Positions 9,554-18,706 of a stretch of 38,970 nt of DNA are shown in pieces. The stretch is from IMG/VR virus record IMGVR_UViG_3300020045_020419, positions 1 through 38,970 of that record, one strand, 5' to 3'. This DNA is from a virus. Lineage: Duplodnaviria > Caudoviricetes. The notes under the pieces were generated by a model. That model was not told the origin of the DNA. It saw nothing but the letters and a program-made list of their open reading frames with translations, and did not search any database. Position 1 is the stretch's first letter; each line of letters begins with the position of its first letter. Position numbers and translations under genes: made by a program.

Positions 9554-9952
9554 ATGATATCAGATACAATTATCAAAGATAAATTCATCAACGATCAACT
9601 TATAGCCGGAGCCAATAAAATATTTGACTTACAATCAGATGTTGTAGAGCAGGTTTTAAGTAGTAAAACAGGTCAGTTATTGGCTAATTTATCAAGTCGT
9701 AAGTTTGGTATTGATGGTTCAGGTCAGCATTTTATGTTATCGGTATCTATCCTGAATTATCTTCGTTTCAACGAGATACGTAAAGATATGCCATTGCGCG
9801 GAAAACTTCACCTGTACAACCGCATAGTATGGGGAGTACTTTATGGCGAAACATTACCAGCAATTAAATTTGGATTGACGGATGAAATAAGGGAAATTGT
9901 TCGTCAGCAAATAAAAGAATCGGGAGTTCAGTTACAACTAAAATTTGAATAA
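9554..9952 (+). CDS. Hypothetical tail/neck protein
   Basis: 132 aa, directly before the tape measure gene. Confidence 0.6.
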   Translation: MISDTIIKDKFINDQLIAGANKIFDLQSDVVEQVLSSKTGQLLANLSSRKFGIDGSGQHFMLSVSILNYLRFNEIRKDMPLRGKLHLYNRIVWGVLYGETLPAIKFGLTDEIREIVRQQIKESGVQLQLKFE

Positions 9953-9953
9953 A

Positions 9954-12900
9954 ATGGCAAAACTTAAAGATGACGAAATTAAGTGGATATTATCACTTGA
10001 TGCTACTCAAACACAACAGGAAATTCATAAAGTAACACAGGCAAATAAAGAACTGGCTAAAACAAACAAGGATTTAGCTAAAGATATGCGTGCGCTTGAA
10101 GCTCAGGGTAAAAAAAATAGTGATGAGTGGAATAATCTCAAAGCTTCGTATGATGAAAATGCAAAAGCAATTTCTCTTAATACTCAAAAAGTAAAAGAGC
10201 ATGAAAAAACGCTTGGTTATGACAAAATGACCATGTCTCAACTTAAAAAAACAGCAAGCGAATTACAGAAACAGCTGGATCATACATCAAAATCACTTCA
10301 TCCTGAAGCTTATGCAAAATTAGAAAAAGAAATTCAGGATGTAGCAAAAGCAAAAACAATGCTTAAAGGCAAAAGTGCGGAGTTAAGTTCAGTATTGAGT
10401 TTGATTCCAGGTTCTGCAGGTTCTGCTTTAAGTTCAATTCAGATGCTTGGAACCGGATTAAAGGCATTGCTGTTAAATCCTGTTTTTTTGACAATAACAG
10501 CAATTGTCGGGTTAATTGCCGGATTATTTTCATTGACTAAGAATTCAATGGAATTTTCGAAAGCATTATCAAATTTATCAGCTATAACAGGAGCTACCGG
10601 CAAAGATTTAGATTTTTTGAAGGAAAAAGCTAAAATGTTGGGAAAAGAATATGGAAAGTCGGCTGTTGAAATAGTTGAAGCAATGAAATTGGTAGGTAGC
10701 GCTAAGCCTGAATTGCTATCAAATGTAGAAGCATTGTCGGATGTAACAGCATCTGTTCTTACACTTAGCAAGGCTACTGGTTTAGATTTAAGCGAGTCTA
10801 CAAAAAGTGTAACAACAATCATGAATCAGTTTGGATTGTCCGCTCTTGAATCAGACAGAACCATTAATGTGCTGGCTGCCGGAAGTAAATACGGAGCTGT
10901 TGAAGTTGATTATTTAGGAGAGTCAATATCAAAAGTAGGTACTGTTGCCAAATCAGCAGGATTGACACTTGAGCAAACTACTGCTGTTATGGAACTTTTT
11001 GGAGAAAAAGGAGTTCGTGCAGAAACAGCTGGTAATGGGTTTAAAAAGGTACTTGTTGAACTGCAAAGTGATACAAAAAATTACACCAATGGTGTATTTG
11101 ATTTAAATAAAGCGATTGATAATAATCAGAAAATAGGTAATGATAATATTGCCTTGCAGAAAAAATTTGGTACTGAATTTTTCGGTTTAGCTCAAATATT
11201 AATTCAAAACAGAGATAGATTTAATGAGTTGACAACACAAGTGACTGGAACTACTGTTGCTGAAGAACAGATGGCAATTGCTACCGACAATTTATCAGGA
11301 GATGTAGATAAAATGAGTGCAAGTTGGGATGCATTTATGCTATCGCTCGAAGATGGTAAAGGACCTATTGCTACAACATTCAGGACATTGGTACAATGGG
11401 CTACAGATGCAGTGGATGCATTGGGTATGCTCACGAAAAGCAGTTCACAAAAAGAAGCTGATTTAATAGCTGATAATGCCAATTTGCGAATAAAATCGCT
11501 CAAAGAAGAAATGTCAGGCGTAAAAAACAAAGTTCAGGTAATAGATTCAGCAATTACTGCTGAGCAACGAATTTACCAACGAAATAATGAAAAGATAAAA
11601 AAATTAAAAAAAGAACTGGAGGAAAACGATAAGAAAAACTTTTTCATGCACTCTACAAATTTGGAGGCTGCCAACAAACGCGAAATAGAAAGTTTGCAAA
11701 AAAGCGTCAATCGTTCTATAGCTTTTGTAAATGCAGCAGCTGGTTTACGCGCATCTATTGCCAGTGAAAATAAAAAGATAAACGATGAAGATTTAAATAA
11801 TGACAAAGAATTATCAAAAGAGCAAAAGAAACTTCTTGATGATGAACTGGAAGCAAGAAAAAGAATTTTAGAGGACAACTCAAAATTGCTTAAAATAGAA
11901 GAGCAAAACCACAATGGTCGCCTTAAAACAGCAAATATATTTGGTAAAGAGCAAATTAAGCTCACTAAAGAAGAATTAGCCGAAAAATTGAGATTAGAAG
12001 AATTGTACATCAAAAATGTACAGGAAATACTTACTAAATCGGAAAACGAACGTTACGAACGATCAAAGAAACAAGCTGGTATTTCGTCTGATAAATCTCC
12101 AGAACAAAGTGGTTTAACCGGAGATAAACTGAAAGCCTATGAAATTTTATATGCAGAACACAAAGCCAATTTATCGGAAATAGAAATACAAAGTGGATTG
12201 AAGCAAATTGATATTAAAAAGCAAATTGATTCAACCATTCTCAAACAAATTCAGGAATCCGGAGCTGCTAATCAGAAAGTGATTGATACAGTCGAAAAAT
12301 CCAAAATTTCAAAACTGAAATCCGATTTATTGTATGGATTAGCTACACAAGAAGAGTATGAAGCTGAACTTAAACAAATTGAAAGTGATTCGCTGGCCGA
12401 ACGCCTGACAGCTCAGGAAAAATACATTGCAATGCTCAAGAACATTGCAAATCCTACTGAGGAGCAAAAAAAAGAACTCGAAAATGCCGAATCAGTTTTA
12501 ACTGGCATTCAAACCCAGATTTACGATAAAAAATTAGCTGAAGAAAAATCATTTCAGGATAAACGAAAAGCAGTTATTCAAAAATATGGTTTAGAAACTT
12601 TATCTGAAACTCATGCTTTAGCAATGGCTGAGCTTGAGAAAGAGCATAAAGAAGATATACTTAATGAAGAAAAATATGAACAGGCAAAGCTTAAACTGAA
12701 AATTAAAGCAGCTCAGGACTATGCAAGTCAGGTTCAGGGAATTGTTTCAGCTGGATCTCAGTTAGTTCAATCACTGCAAAGTGCTGAAACATCTAATGTT
12801 CAGGCAGATTACGCTAAACGCTTATCGAACCTGAATCAAAGTGATGCCGATTATGCAGCCAAAAAAGAGCAGTTACAATATGAACAGGCTGTTGCTGAAC

Positions 12901-13595
12901 TTGACGTACAAAAGAAATATGCCAATGCTCAGTTTGGAATTCAAGCAGCTCAAATTGGAGTTGCAACTGCAACTGGTGTGATGAATGCCTGGGCATCAAG
13001 TATGGTTCTTGGTCCTGTTGCCGGACCTATTGCAGCCGGAGTTATGACAGCATTATTAGTTGCTACTGGTGTTGCTCAAATAGCAGCTGCCAACTCAGAG
13101 CGTCAAAAATTACTTGCATCAACAATTGAATCTCCATCTTCGGGAGGTGGGTCAGCAGCTGTCAGTGGAGCAGTTGTTTCTAAATCTGGTTATGCCGATG
13201 GTGGTTACACAGGCGATGGAGGTAAGTATGATGTGGCCGGATATTTGCCAAATGGTCAGCCATTCCACCGGGGTGAATATTTTGTTGCTCAGGAAGAAAT
13301 GCGTAATCCGATACTGATTCCGTTGATTCGTAAAATTGACAATGAACGATCAAGGCGAACCGGAAGCACGTCATTGCCCGGAAGTTTTGGATCGGGGTAT
13401 GCAGATGGTGGTTATAGCGGTTCAGGTTCTGCAAGTGCTGAATCCATTTTAATGGCTCGCACGGTTGAAGAATTCAGGGCTGCCGTAAACTATTTTGCAG
13501 GCATAAAATTTAAAGCAGAAATCAACTACTGGGAGTGGGTTGATGCACAAAAAACAATTGAAGAATCTCAAAATTTAGCCAAAAGAGCCTCATGA
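9954..13595 (+). CDS. Tail tape measure protein
   Basis: About 1213 aa, coiled-coil, TP901-like core (LSAITGATG...INVLAAGSKYGA), C-terminal GYADGGY motifs. Confidence 0.92.
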   Translation: MAKLKDDEIKWILSLDATQTQQEIHKVTQANKELAKTNKDLAKDMRALEAQGKKNSDEWNNLKASYDENAKAISLNTQKVKEHEKTLGYDKMTMSQLKKTASELQKQLDHTSKSLHPEAYAKLEKEIQDVAKAKTMLKGKSAELSSVLSLIPGSAGSALSSIQMLGTGLKALLLNPVFLTITAIVGLIAGLFSLTKNSMEFSKALSNLSAITGATGKDLDFLKEKAKMLGKEYGKSAVEIVEAMKLVGSAKPELLSNVEALSDVTASVLTLSKATGLDLSESTKSVTTIMNQFGLSALESDRTINVLAAGSKYGAVEVDYLGESISKVGTVAKSAGLTLEQTTAVMELFGEKGVRAETAGNGFKKVLVELQSDTKNYTNGVFDLNKAIDNNQKIGNDNIALQKKFGTEFFGLAQILIQNRDRFNELTTQVTGTTVAEEQMAIATDNLSGDVDKMSASWDAFMLSLEDGKGPIATTFRTLVQWATDAVDALGMLTKSSSQKEADLIADNANLRIKSLKEEMSGVKNKVQVIDSAITAEQRIYQRNNEKIKKLKKELEENDKKNFFMHSTNLEAANKREIESLQKSVNRSIAFVNAAAGLRASIASENKKINDEDLNNDKELSKEQKKLLDDELEARKRILEDNSKLLKIEEQNHNGRLKTANIFGKEQIKLTKEELAEKLRLEELYIKNVQEILTKSENERYERSKKQAGISSDKSPEQSGLTGDKLKAYEILYAEHKANLSEIEIQSGLKQIDIKKQIDSTILKQIQESGAANQKVIDTVEKSKISKLKSDLLYGLATQEEYEAELKQIESDSLAERLTAQEKYIAMLKNIANPTEEQKKELENAESVLTGIQTQIYDKKLAEEKSFQDKRKAVIQKYGLETLSETHALAMAELEKEHKEDILNEEKYEQAKLKLKIKAAQDYASQVQGIVSAGSQLVQSLQSAETSNVQADYAKRLSNLNQSDADYAAKKEQLQYEQAVAELDVQKKYANAQFGIQAAQIGVATATGVMNAWASSMVLGPVAGPIAAGVMTALLVATGVAQIAAANSERQKLLASTIESPSSGGGSAAVSGAVVSKSGYADGGYTGDGGKYDVAGYLPNGQPFHRGEYFVAQEEMRNPILIPLIRKIDNERSRRTGSTSLPGSFGSGYADGGYSGSGSASAESILMARTVEEFRAAVNYFAGIKFKAEINYWEWVDAQKTIEESQNLAKRAS

Positions 13596-15565
13596 TAAGA
13601 ATAATAGATTTTGAAACCGGTAAAGATTATGATTTGAAATCAGGCACAAAAATAAGCGTTGATAAAACAAATCCGTTTTTGAGTGATAAAGGCAGCTTGT
13701 CACTTCCTCTTGAATTAGCACCAACTGATAAAAATTTTGAGCTTTTAGATTTTCCTTACAGATTAGATCGGAAAAATAAAATGCAAACAAAACGAAGCAT
13801 AATCATTGATGCAGGTATTTTTCAGACCAAAGCAACTATGGTAATTACCAATGTAACAAGAAAAACCATAATAGTAACATGCTTATTTGAAGAATCTGTG
13901 TTTTACAATTTAATGAAAGATATTAAGTTGGAAACAGTTTTCGAGAATATTGTCCGCGATGATTTTTCAAATTTATCAACATTAGAATTGCGAATAGCAG
14001 CATGGGTTGATCATTGCGAAAAAGTAATGATTGGTCAAGTGTCAGATGTGTTTCATGTCTTCCCGGTATGTTATGAAATTAATGGGAATGGATATGATAA
14101 TAATTCTATGAATGGAATTTTAAATATGATTAATCAATCTCATACTGCTGTGTATGATTCTAAAAAATATTGTAAATTGGCTGCTAATTATGCACGAATA
14201 TTTAGCATAGATGGAGCAAATATCAATATACCTGTAGGTTATGAAGTTTCACCATTTTTGAAAATGAGTTACGTTTTATCTCAAATATTCAGCAATTACG
14301 GATATACATTGAATGAAGATTACCTGACAAAATATCCTGATTTACAAAAAGAGGTTGTTTTGAACAACACAATAGATTCATTGATGCTGGGTAACCTTCA
14401 GTACAAGCAATTAGTACCATCTTGTACTATTAATGAATATCTTGATTCGATCAGATATAAATATGGATGTGAGTTTTTCCCATCAGAAAATAATAAAATG
14501 GTTTCAATTGTTTTTTGGAATGACTTACTTGAAAGTGTTGATTCAAATTACTCAAATCAAAAATCTGATGATGTTGAAATAACATATGAGAATTTCAAAA
14601 AAATAAAATTGATATGTGATATTTCAAATAAACCCAAAGAACTATTTAATACTTCCGGATCTGATGAAGTTTCGGCACCTATTGTTTTTGAAAGTTTGCA
14701 GCAAATGATTATTCATTTTGTGGATAAACGATATCTCAATTATGCATTTATAACTGAAAATAATTATGACATTTACAAATGGAATGTTGAATTTATCAAA
14801 AACTTTGAGTCGTTAAGTCGTGTCCAGGATGAATGCGAGCAAAATAATGAGGAGTATTTAGGATCAATATGTTTTGTTCAATCAGAATTGAAATGGTATT
14901 ACAGATACGATCCGCACGTTCAACCTGGTTATGCATATATATTGATAGATGAAAATGTATATAATTTCTTTGATGAAAAAACAGATTCAGAAGATTATCG
15001 TGAAATTAAGAGTACCCATGTGGCAGTTCCAATGGCATATATTAATTTACATACAACTTTTGATAGTTTAAGTCTTATCAGTAATTATACTAATTTGCTT
15101 TTACCATATATCAATGGCAGTCGAAAATTGAATACATATACTATAATCAATGGTTCTGTTCAATCTTCTACAGATAATGAGTGTAAAATAATGTCATGCT
15201 TTCATGTAGGTACAGCCAAAACACTTCAAGGTCCATTTTATGACACTTATACAATATCTTATGGATCAACTTATAGATATGATGATTTAGGAGATCCATG
15301 GGGATTAATTAATATGTCGTATGGTGGTGAAAATGGTTTATATGAAACATTTTGGAAGAAATTTGATTCAATTTTACGAAATTCATTTCAACCAATTAAA
15401 ATTCCGTTGAACTTAACTTCATCTCAAATATTTAATTTGGCGATGCAAAAACAGATTTATTTTGAAAATCAAAATATTATTCCCGAATCACTCAAATACG
15501 AAATTACTGATCAGGGAATAAATGTGATTGAAGCAAAATTTCGAACTACAAAATTGTATGTATAA
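13592..15565 (+). CDS. Tail tip/baseplate hub-like protein
   Basis: 657 aa, ATGA-coupled to the tape measure gene; N-terminal NPFLSDKGSLSLPLEL. Confidence 0.65.
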   Translation: MIRIIDFETGKDYDLKSGTKISVDKTNPFLSDKGSLSLPLELAPTDKNFELLDFPYRLDRKNKMQTKRSIIIDAGIFQTKATMVITNVTRKTIIVTCLFEESVFYNLMKDIKLETVFENIVRDDFSNLSTLELRIAAWVDHCEKVMIGQVSDVFHVFPVCYEINGNGYDNNSMNGILNMINQSHTAVYDSKKYCKLAANYARIFSIDGANINIPVGYEVSPFLKMSYVLSQIFSNYGYTLNEDYLTKYPDLQKEVVLNNTIDSLMLGNLQYKQLVPSCTINEYLDSIRYKYGCEFFPSENNKMVSIVFWNDLLESVDSNYSNQKSDDVEITYENFKKIKLICDISNKPKELFNTSGSDEVSAPIVFESLQQMIIHFVDKRYLNYAFITENNYDIYKWNVEFIKNFESLSRVQDECEQNNEEYLGSICFVQSELKWYYRYDPHVQPGYAYILIDENVYNFFDEKTDSEDYREIKSTHVAVPMAYINLHTTFDSLSLISNYTNLLLPYINGSRKLNTYTIINGSVQSSTDNECKIMSCFHVGTAKTLQGPFYDTYTISYGSTYRYDDLGDPWGLINMSYGGENGLYETFWKKFDSILRNSFQPIKIPLNLTSSQIFNLAMQKQIYFENQNIIPESLKYEITDQGINVIEAKFRTTKLYV

Positions 15566-15603
15566 AAAAACAGGCTAACCGTTATTGGTTAGCCTGTTTT
15601 TTT
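15564..15603 (+). terminator. Intrinsic terminator
   Basis: AAAAAAACAGGCTAACC-GTTATT-GGTTAGCCTGTTTTTTT. Confidence 0.85.
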
Positions 15604-15638
15604 GTCCTTTAAATTTATGCCGGATATCAATATTTTTG
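15603..15638 (+). promoter_or_regulatory. Putative late promoter (TGTCCTTT-N20-TATTTTTG)
   Basis: Fixed-spacing motif upstream of the lysis genes. Confidence 0.75.
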
Positions 15639-15660
15639 CTTAAACAATTTACGATAAAGT

Positions 15661-15978
15661 ATGGCACCAAACGAAATTGAGAAAAGAACAAAGGAAATAC
15701 TGGGAGATTCAAAGTCTTCAGTGGCTAAAGCAATAGTATTAATGTCCATGAGCATGGATGTGATGACATCTGCAATTCTTGACAATCAGCAAAAGGTTAA
15801 CGACAGAATAACAGCATTGGAGACTAAAACAGACAAACGTTTTGAACGCCTTAAATTCTGGGGGTTTTTATCGGATTACGGGTGGGTTTCAACATTATTA
15901 TTGATAGCTATTATTATAGTTATTATTTGGTCTGTAAATTCAGGCGATCCTACTACCGCGATTAAATTAATCAAATAA
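15661..15978 (+). CDS. Membrane protein, holin/antiholin candidate
   Basis: Coiled coil plus one C-terminal TM helix; first gene of the lysis module. Confidence 0.55.
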   Translation: MAPNEIEKRTKEILGDSKSSVAKAIVLMSMSMDVMTSAILDNQQKVNDRITALETKTDKRFERLKFWGFLSDYGWVSTLLLIAIIIVIIWSVNSGDPTTAIKLIK

Positions 15979-15989
15979 AAAATATCGAT

Positions 15990-16400
15990 ATGAAAACAAT
16001 TTTATTGAAGTTATTACAATCAATTCTTAATGCAATTAAATGGATATGGAAAAATTATCCTGAAGTTTTTTCAATTCCGAGTGCATTTGTATTATGGGCT
16101 TTTTCCAGTACGGTTATTTGGTTTTTTGATCCAGAAGCCGGATCTTTTGATGCAGGCATTTTTCAGGTACCCGTTTTTTCAATTGTGCTCTTGTTTATAT
16201 TCCTTTCAATTTCATGGTTGGCAATGAAAATATTATTTGGAACGGCCAGCAAATTTTTAAGAAAAGAATTAAAAACAGCATTTAATAATATTACATCATG
16301 GCAAAAAATTATTTACGCTACATCTATATTTTTCTTGTTACTGTATGCTTTAGTACAACTTTCGCATACGCTACTATTGACTCGACCAGGCAGCGTGTAG
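15990..16400 (+). CDS. Holin candidate (about 3 TM helices)
   Basis: Three hydrophobic segments; directly precedes the endolysin. Confidence 0.6.
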   Translation: MKTILLKLLQSILNAIKWIWKNYPEVFSIPSAFVLWAFSSTVIWFFDPEAGSFDAGIFQVPVFSIVLLFIFLSISWLAMKILFGTASKFLRKELKTAFNNITSWQKIIYATSIFFLLLYALVQLSHTLLLTRPGSV

Positions 16401-16858
16401 TTAGTATTTTTTCGTCAGAAATAGGAGTTCGCGAAAAAACTGGACACAATGATGGTAAAAGAGTAGAAGAGTATTTGGAATCATGCGGATTGAAAAAAGG
16501 AGATCCATATTGCGCTGCATTTATAACGTGGACATTTTTACAAGCAAATGTAAAAACAATAAAATCGGGGTATTCACCCAGTTGGTTTCCTGCAAACAAA
16601 ACGATTTATTCACGAGGGAAACCTGCAAATAAAACGCCTCTTCCGGCGGATGTAATTGGGATATGGATTAAAGATAAAGGAAGAATTGGACATGTTGGTT
16701 TTGTTCGCGAATGGCCTCCAAATAGTTCATTTTGTATTACTGTAGAAGCTAATACATCAATGTCAACTTCGGGAGGTAAATCTGATTACGATGGTCAGGG
16801 AGTTGAGAAAAAAAGAAGATTAAAAAGTCAAATTTATAAAGTAAGTCGTTGGTTATGA
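16298..16858 (+). CDS. CHAP-like peptidoglycan hydrolase (endolysin) with signal peptide
   Basis: PYCAAF, GHVGFV and TVEANTS motifs; N-terminal hydrophobic segment ending AYA. Confidence 0.85.
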   Translation: MAKNYLRYIYIFLVTVCFSTTFAYATIDSTRQRVVSIFSSEIGVREKTGHNDGKRVEEYLESCGLKKGDPYCAAFITWTFLQANVKTIKSGYSPSWFPANKTIYSRGKPANKTPLPADVIGIWIKDKGRIGHVGFVREWPPNSSFCITVEANTSMSTSGGKSDYDGQGVEKKRRLKSQIYKVSRWL

Positions 16859-17553
16859 AAGCTAAAAAATTAAATATCATTCAGAAAATTGTCAGATTAT
16901 TAAAATATTCAGAGATAATGCATGCCCGTTTTATTTCGGATCCTAAAAATGCAGATTTTTTGTTGCGCGAAATTCAGGACTTATATAAAATTGGTTTTGT
17001 ATGTGCATTATTATTCGTTGTGTCGTGCACCGGAATTAAAACTACTGTAAAATCGAAAGAGAATTTGAATCAGAAAGTTACAACTGAAGTTTCAAAAGAT
17101 GTACAAGCGAAACAAGATGTACAGGTTGATTCAAATCAAAGTTCGAAGAAAGATTCTGCATCGGCAATTTCTATTGAACAAATTGAACGCAGAACAGGTG
17201 AATGGGAATTTGCTCGTACAACATACGAGACATCATTACCAATTGATGCATCTACCGGAACTCCTCCAGTCAAAGAGAAAATTACGTATAAAAGTAAACA
17301 GAAGTCAGAACAGGACTATAAATCCTCAACTGATGTGACATTCACGCTTGATGAAGTTAGCAACATAAAAGCTCGTATTAAATCTGAATATGATGCTAAA
17401 ATTGATAGTCTTCAGAAAGAAAACACACAACAAAATAAAAATATTGCATCGAAAGAAACACCTGTAAATAAATCATGGTGGATATGGTTTATTGCAGGTG
17501 TTTTGACACCAATCATCATCCGGGTATTAATTAAAATATATCTCAAAAAATGA
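16855..17553 (+). CDS. Spanin-like lipoprotein (unimolecular architecture)
   Basis: Lipobox-like LLFVVSC and a C-terminal TM helix; follows the endolysin; start codon uncertain. Confidence 0.6.
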   Translation: MKAKKLNIIQKIVRLLKYSEIMHARFISDPKNADFLLREIQDLYKIGFVCALLFVVSCTGIKTTVKSKENLNQKVTTEVSKDVQAKQDVQVDSNQSSKKDSASAISIEQIERRTGEWEFARTTYETSLPIDASTGTPPVKEKITYKSKQKSEQDYKSSTDVTFTLDEVSNIKARIKSEYDAKIDSLQKENTQQNKNIASKETPVNKSWWIWFIAGVLTPIIIRVLIKIYLKK

Positions 17554-18704
17554 CTGAAATAAAAGCTCCTTCATTATATGCTTTTGTAGGGAATCCTGTT
17601 TTTTTTGAATTAGAAACAGATTCGCCCGATATGGTAGTTGTTGATATACTGATTGAAACCAAATCATTCAGCATCAGTGCATGTCCCTATTTAGTGTCAG
17701 AAGGAGTATATCGGTTCTCATTTGACATTAGCGATATCCTGAAAAACAAAGTGATAATTGAATATGATGCAACGCAAACAATTGCTTCTCCGGCAAAATT
17801 TGTTTATCAATATTCGGTAACTATAGGCACATATTTATTTGAAGCTTATGTAATTCCGGGAGCGGTGTCAAAACAGTTTCAGAAATACATGCTTTTTAAA
17901 AATACCAATCCTTTTGAATATCGTTTTTTCAATCCGCTGGAGCAGTTTATTTTCACCACACGTACAGATGCTTACATTATACCAATTGCCAGAAAAGAAT
18001 TGGCTTGTGTATTCTTTATGAGTCCAACGACGGACACATACACAATAACCAATGATTTGAACTTTGATGCACGAACATTAATTACCGGAACTGCCAATGC
18101 AGCTAAAATGGTAAACCTGAAATTATTGGTTGAAGAATGGGAGCTAACATCAGTTGCACGAATCAAAGAAATAATTTTCAGAATGAATGGTGCAAATATT
18201 TTCAAATATGTAATTAAAGATGAGGTGTTTGAAAATAGCTATTTGATTAAATTCAAAAATTCATTTGGTATTTATGAATTTTTAGAAGTTACCGGCAAGG
18301 CTCTTCGCACACCTGAGTTTGGCGAAGATGCAAGTTATAATGTGTTTGATCCTGAACTTCAGGATTTCAGAAAAAACAGTAAAAGAGTTCCTGTAAATAA
18401 TATTTTCGAAGTCGAAACAGGATATAAATCAACAGATGAATTGTATTTCATTGGTGATTTACTCCAGAAGCGATCAGCATATTTTATTGATGGTAGCAAT
18501 AAGCAAAGATGTATAATTACATCTGAAAATTACAGTCATGCATTGCGAAAAACTGCTCCTGAATCGATTAAATTAAGAATACAATTAGTTGACAATGAGC
18601 AATATTATACACCAATGACTAATATTGACAATACGGTGTATATACTTGGAACTGAAAATGATGAATTAATTATCACCGAAAATGGTGAACTAATAGGAGT
18701 ATAA
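17550..18704 (+). CDS. Tail/baseplate structural protein
   Basis: 384 aa, beta-rich, FKNSFGIYEF motif, precedes the fibre gene. Confidence 0.6.
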   Translation: MTEIKAPSLYAFVGNPVFFELETDSPDMVVVDILIETKSFSISACPYLVSEGVYRFSFDISDILKNKVIIEYDATQTIASPAKFVYQYSVTIGTYLFEAYVIPGAVSKQFQKYMLFKNTNPFEYRFFNPLEQFIFTTRTDAYIIPIARKELACVFFMSPTTDTYTITNDLNFDARTLITGTANAAKMVNLKLLVEEWELTSVARIKEIIFRMNGANIFKYVIKDEVFENSYLIKFKNSFGIYEFLEVTGKALRTPEFGEDASYNVFDPELQDFRKNSKRVPVNNIFEVETGYKSTDELYFIGDLLQKRSAYFIDGSNKQRCIITSENYSHALRKTAPESIKLRIQLVDNEQYYTPMTNIDNTVYILGTENDELIITENGELIGV

Positions 18705-18706
18705 TT

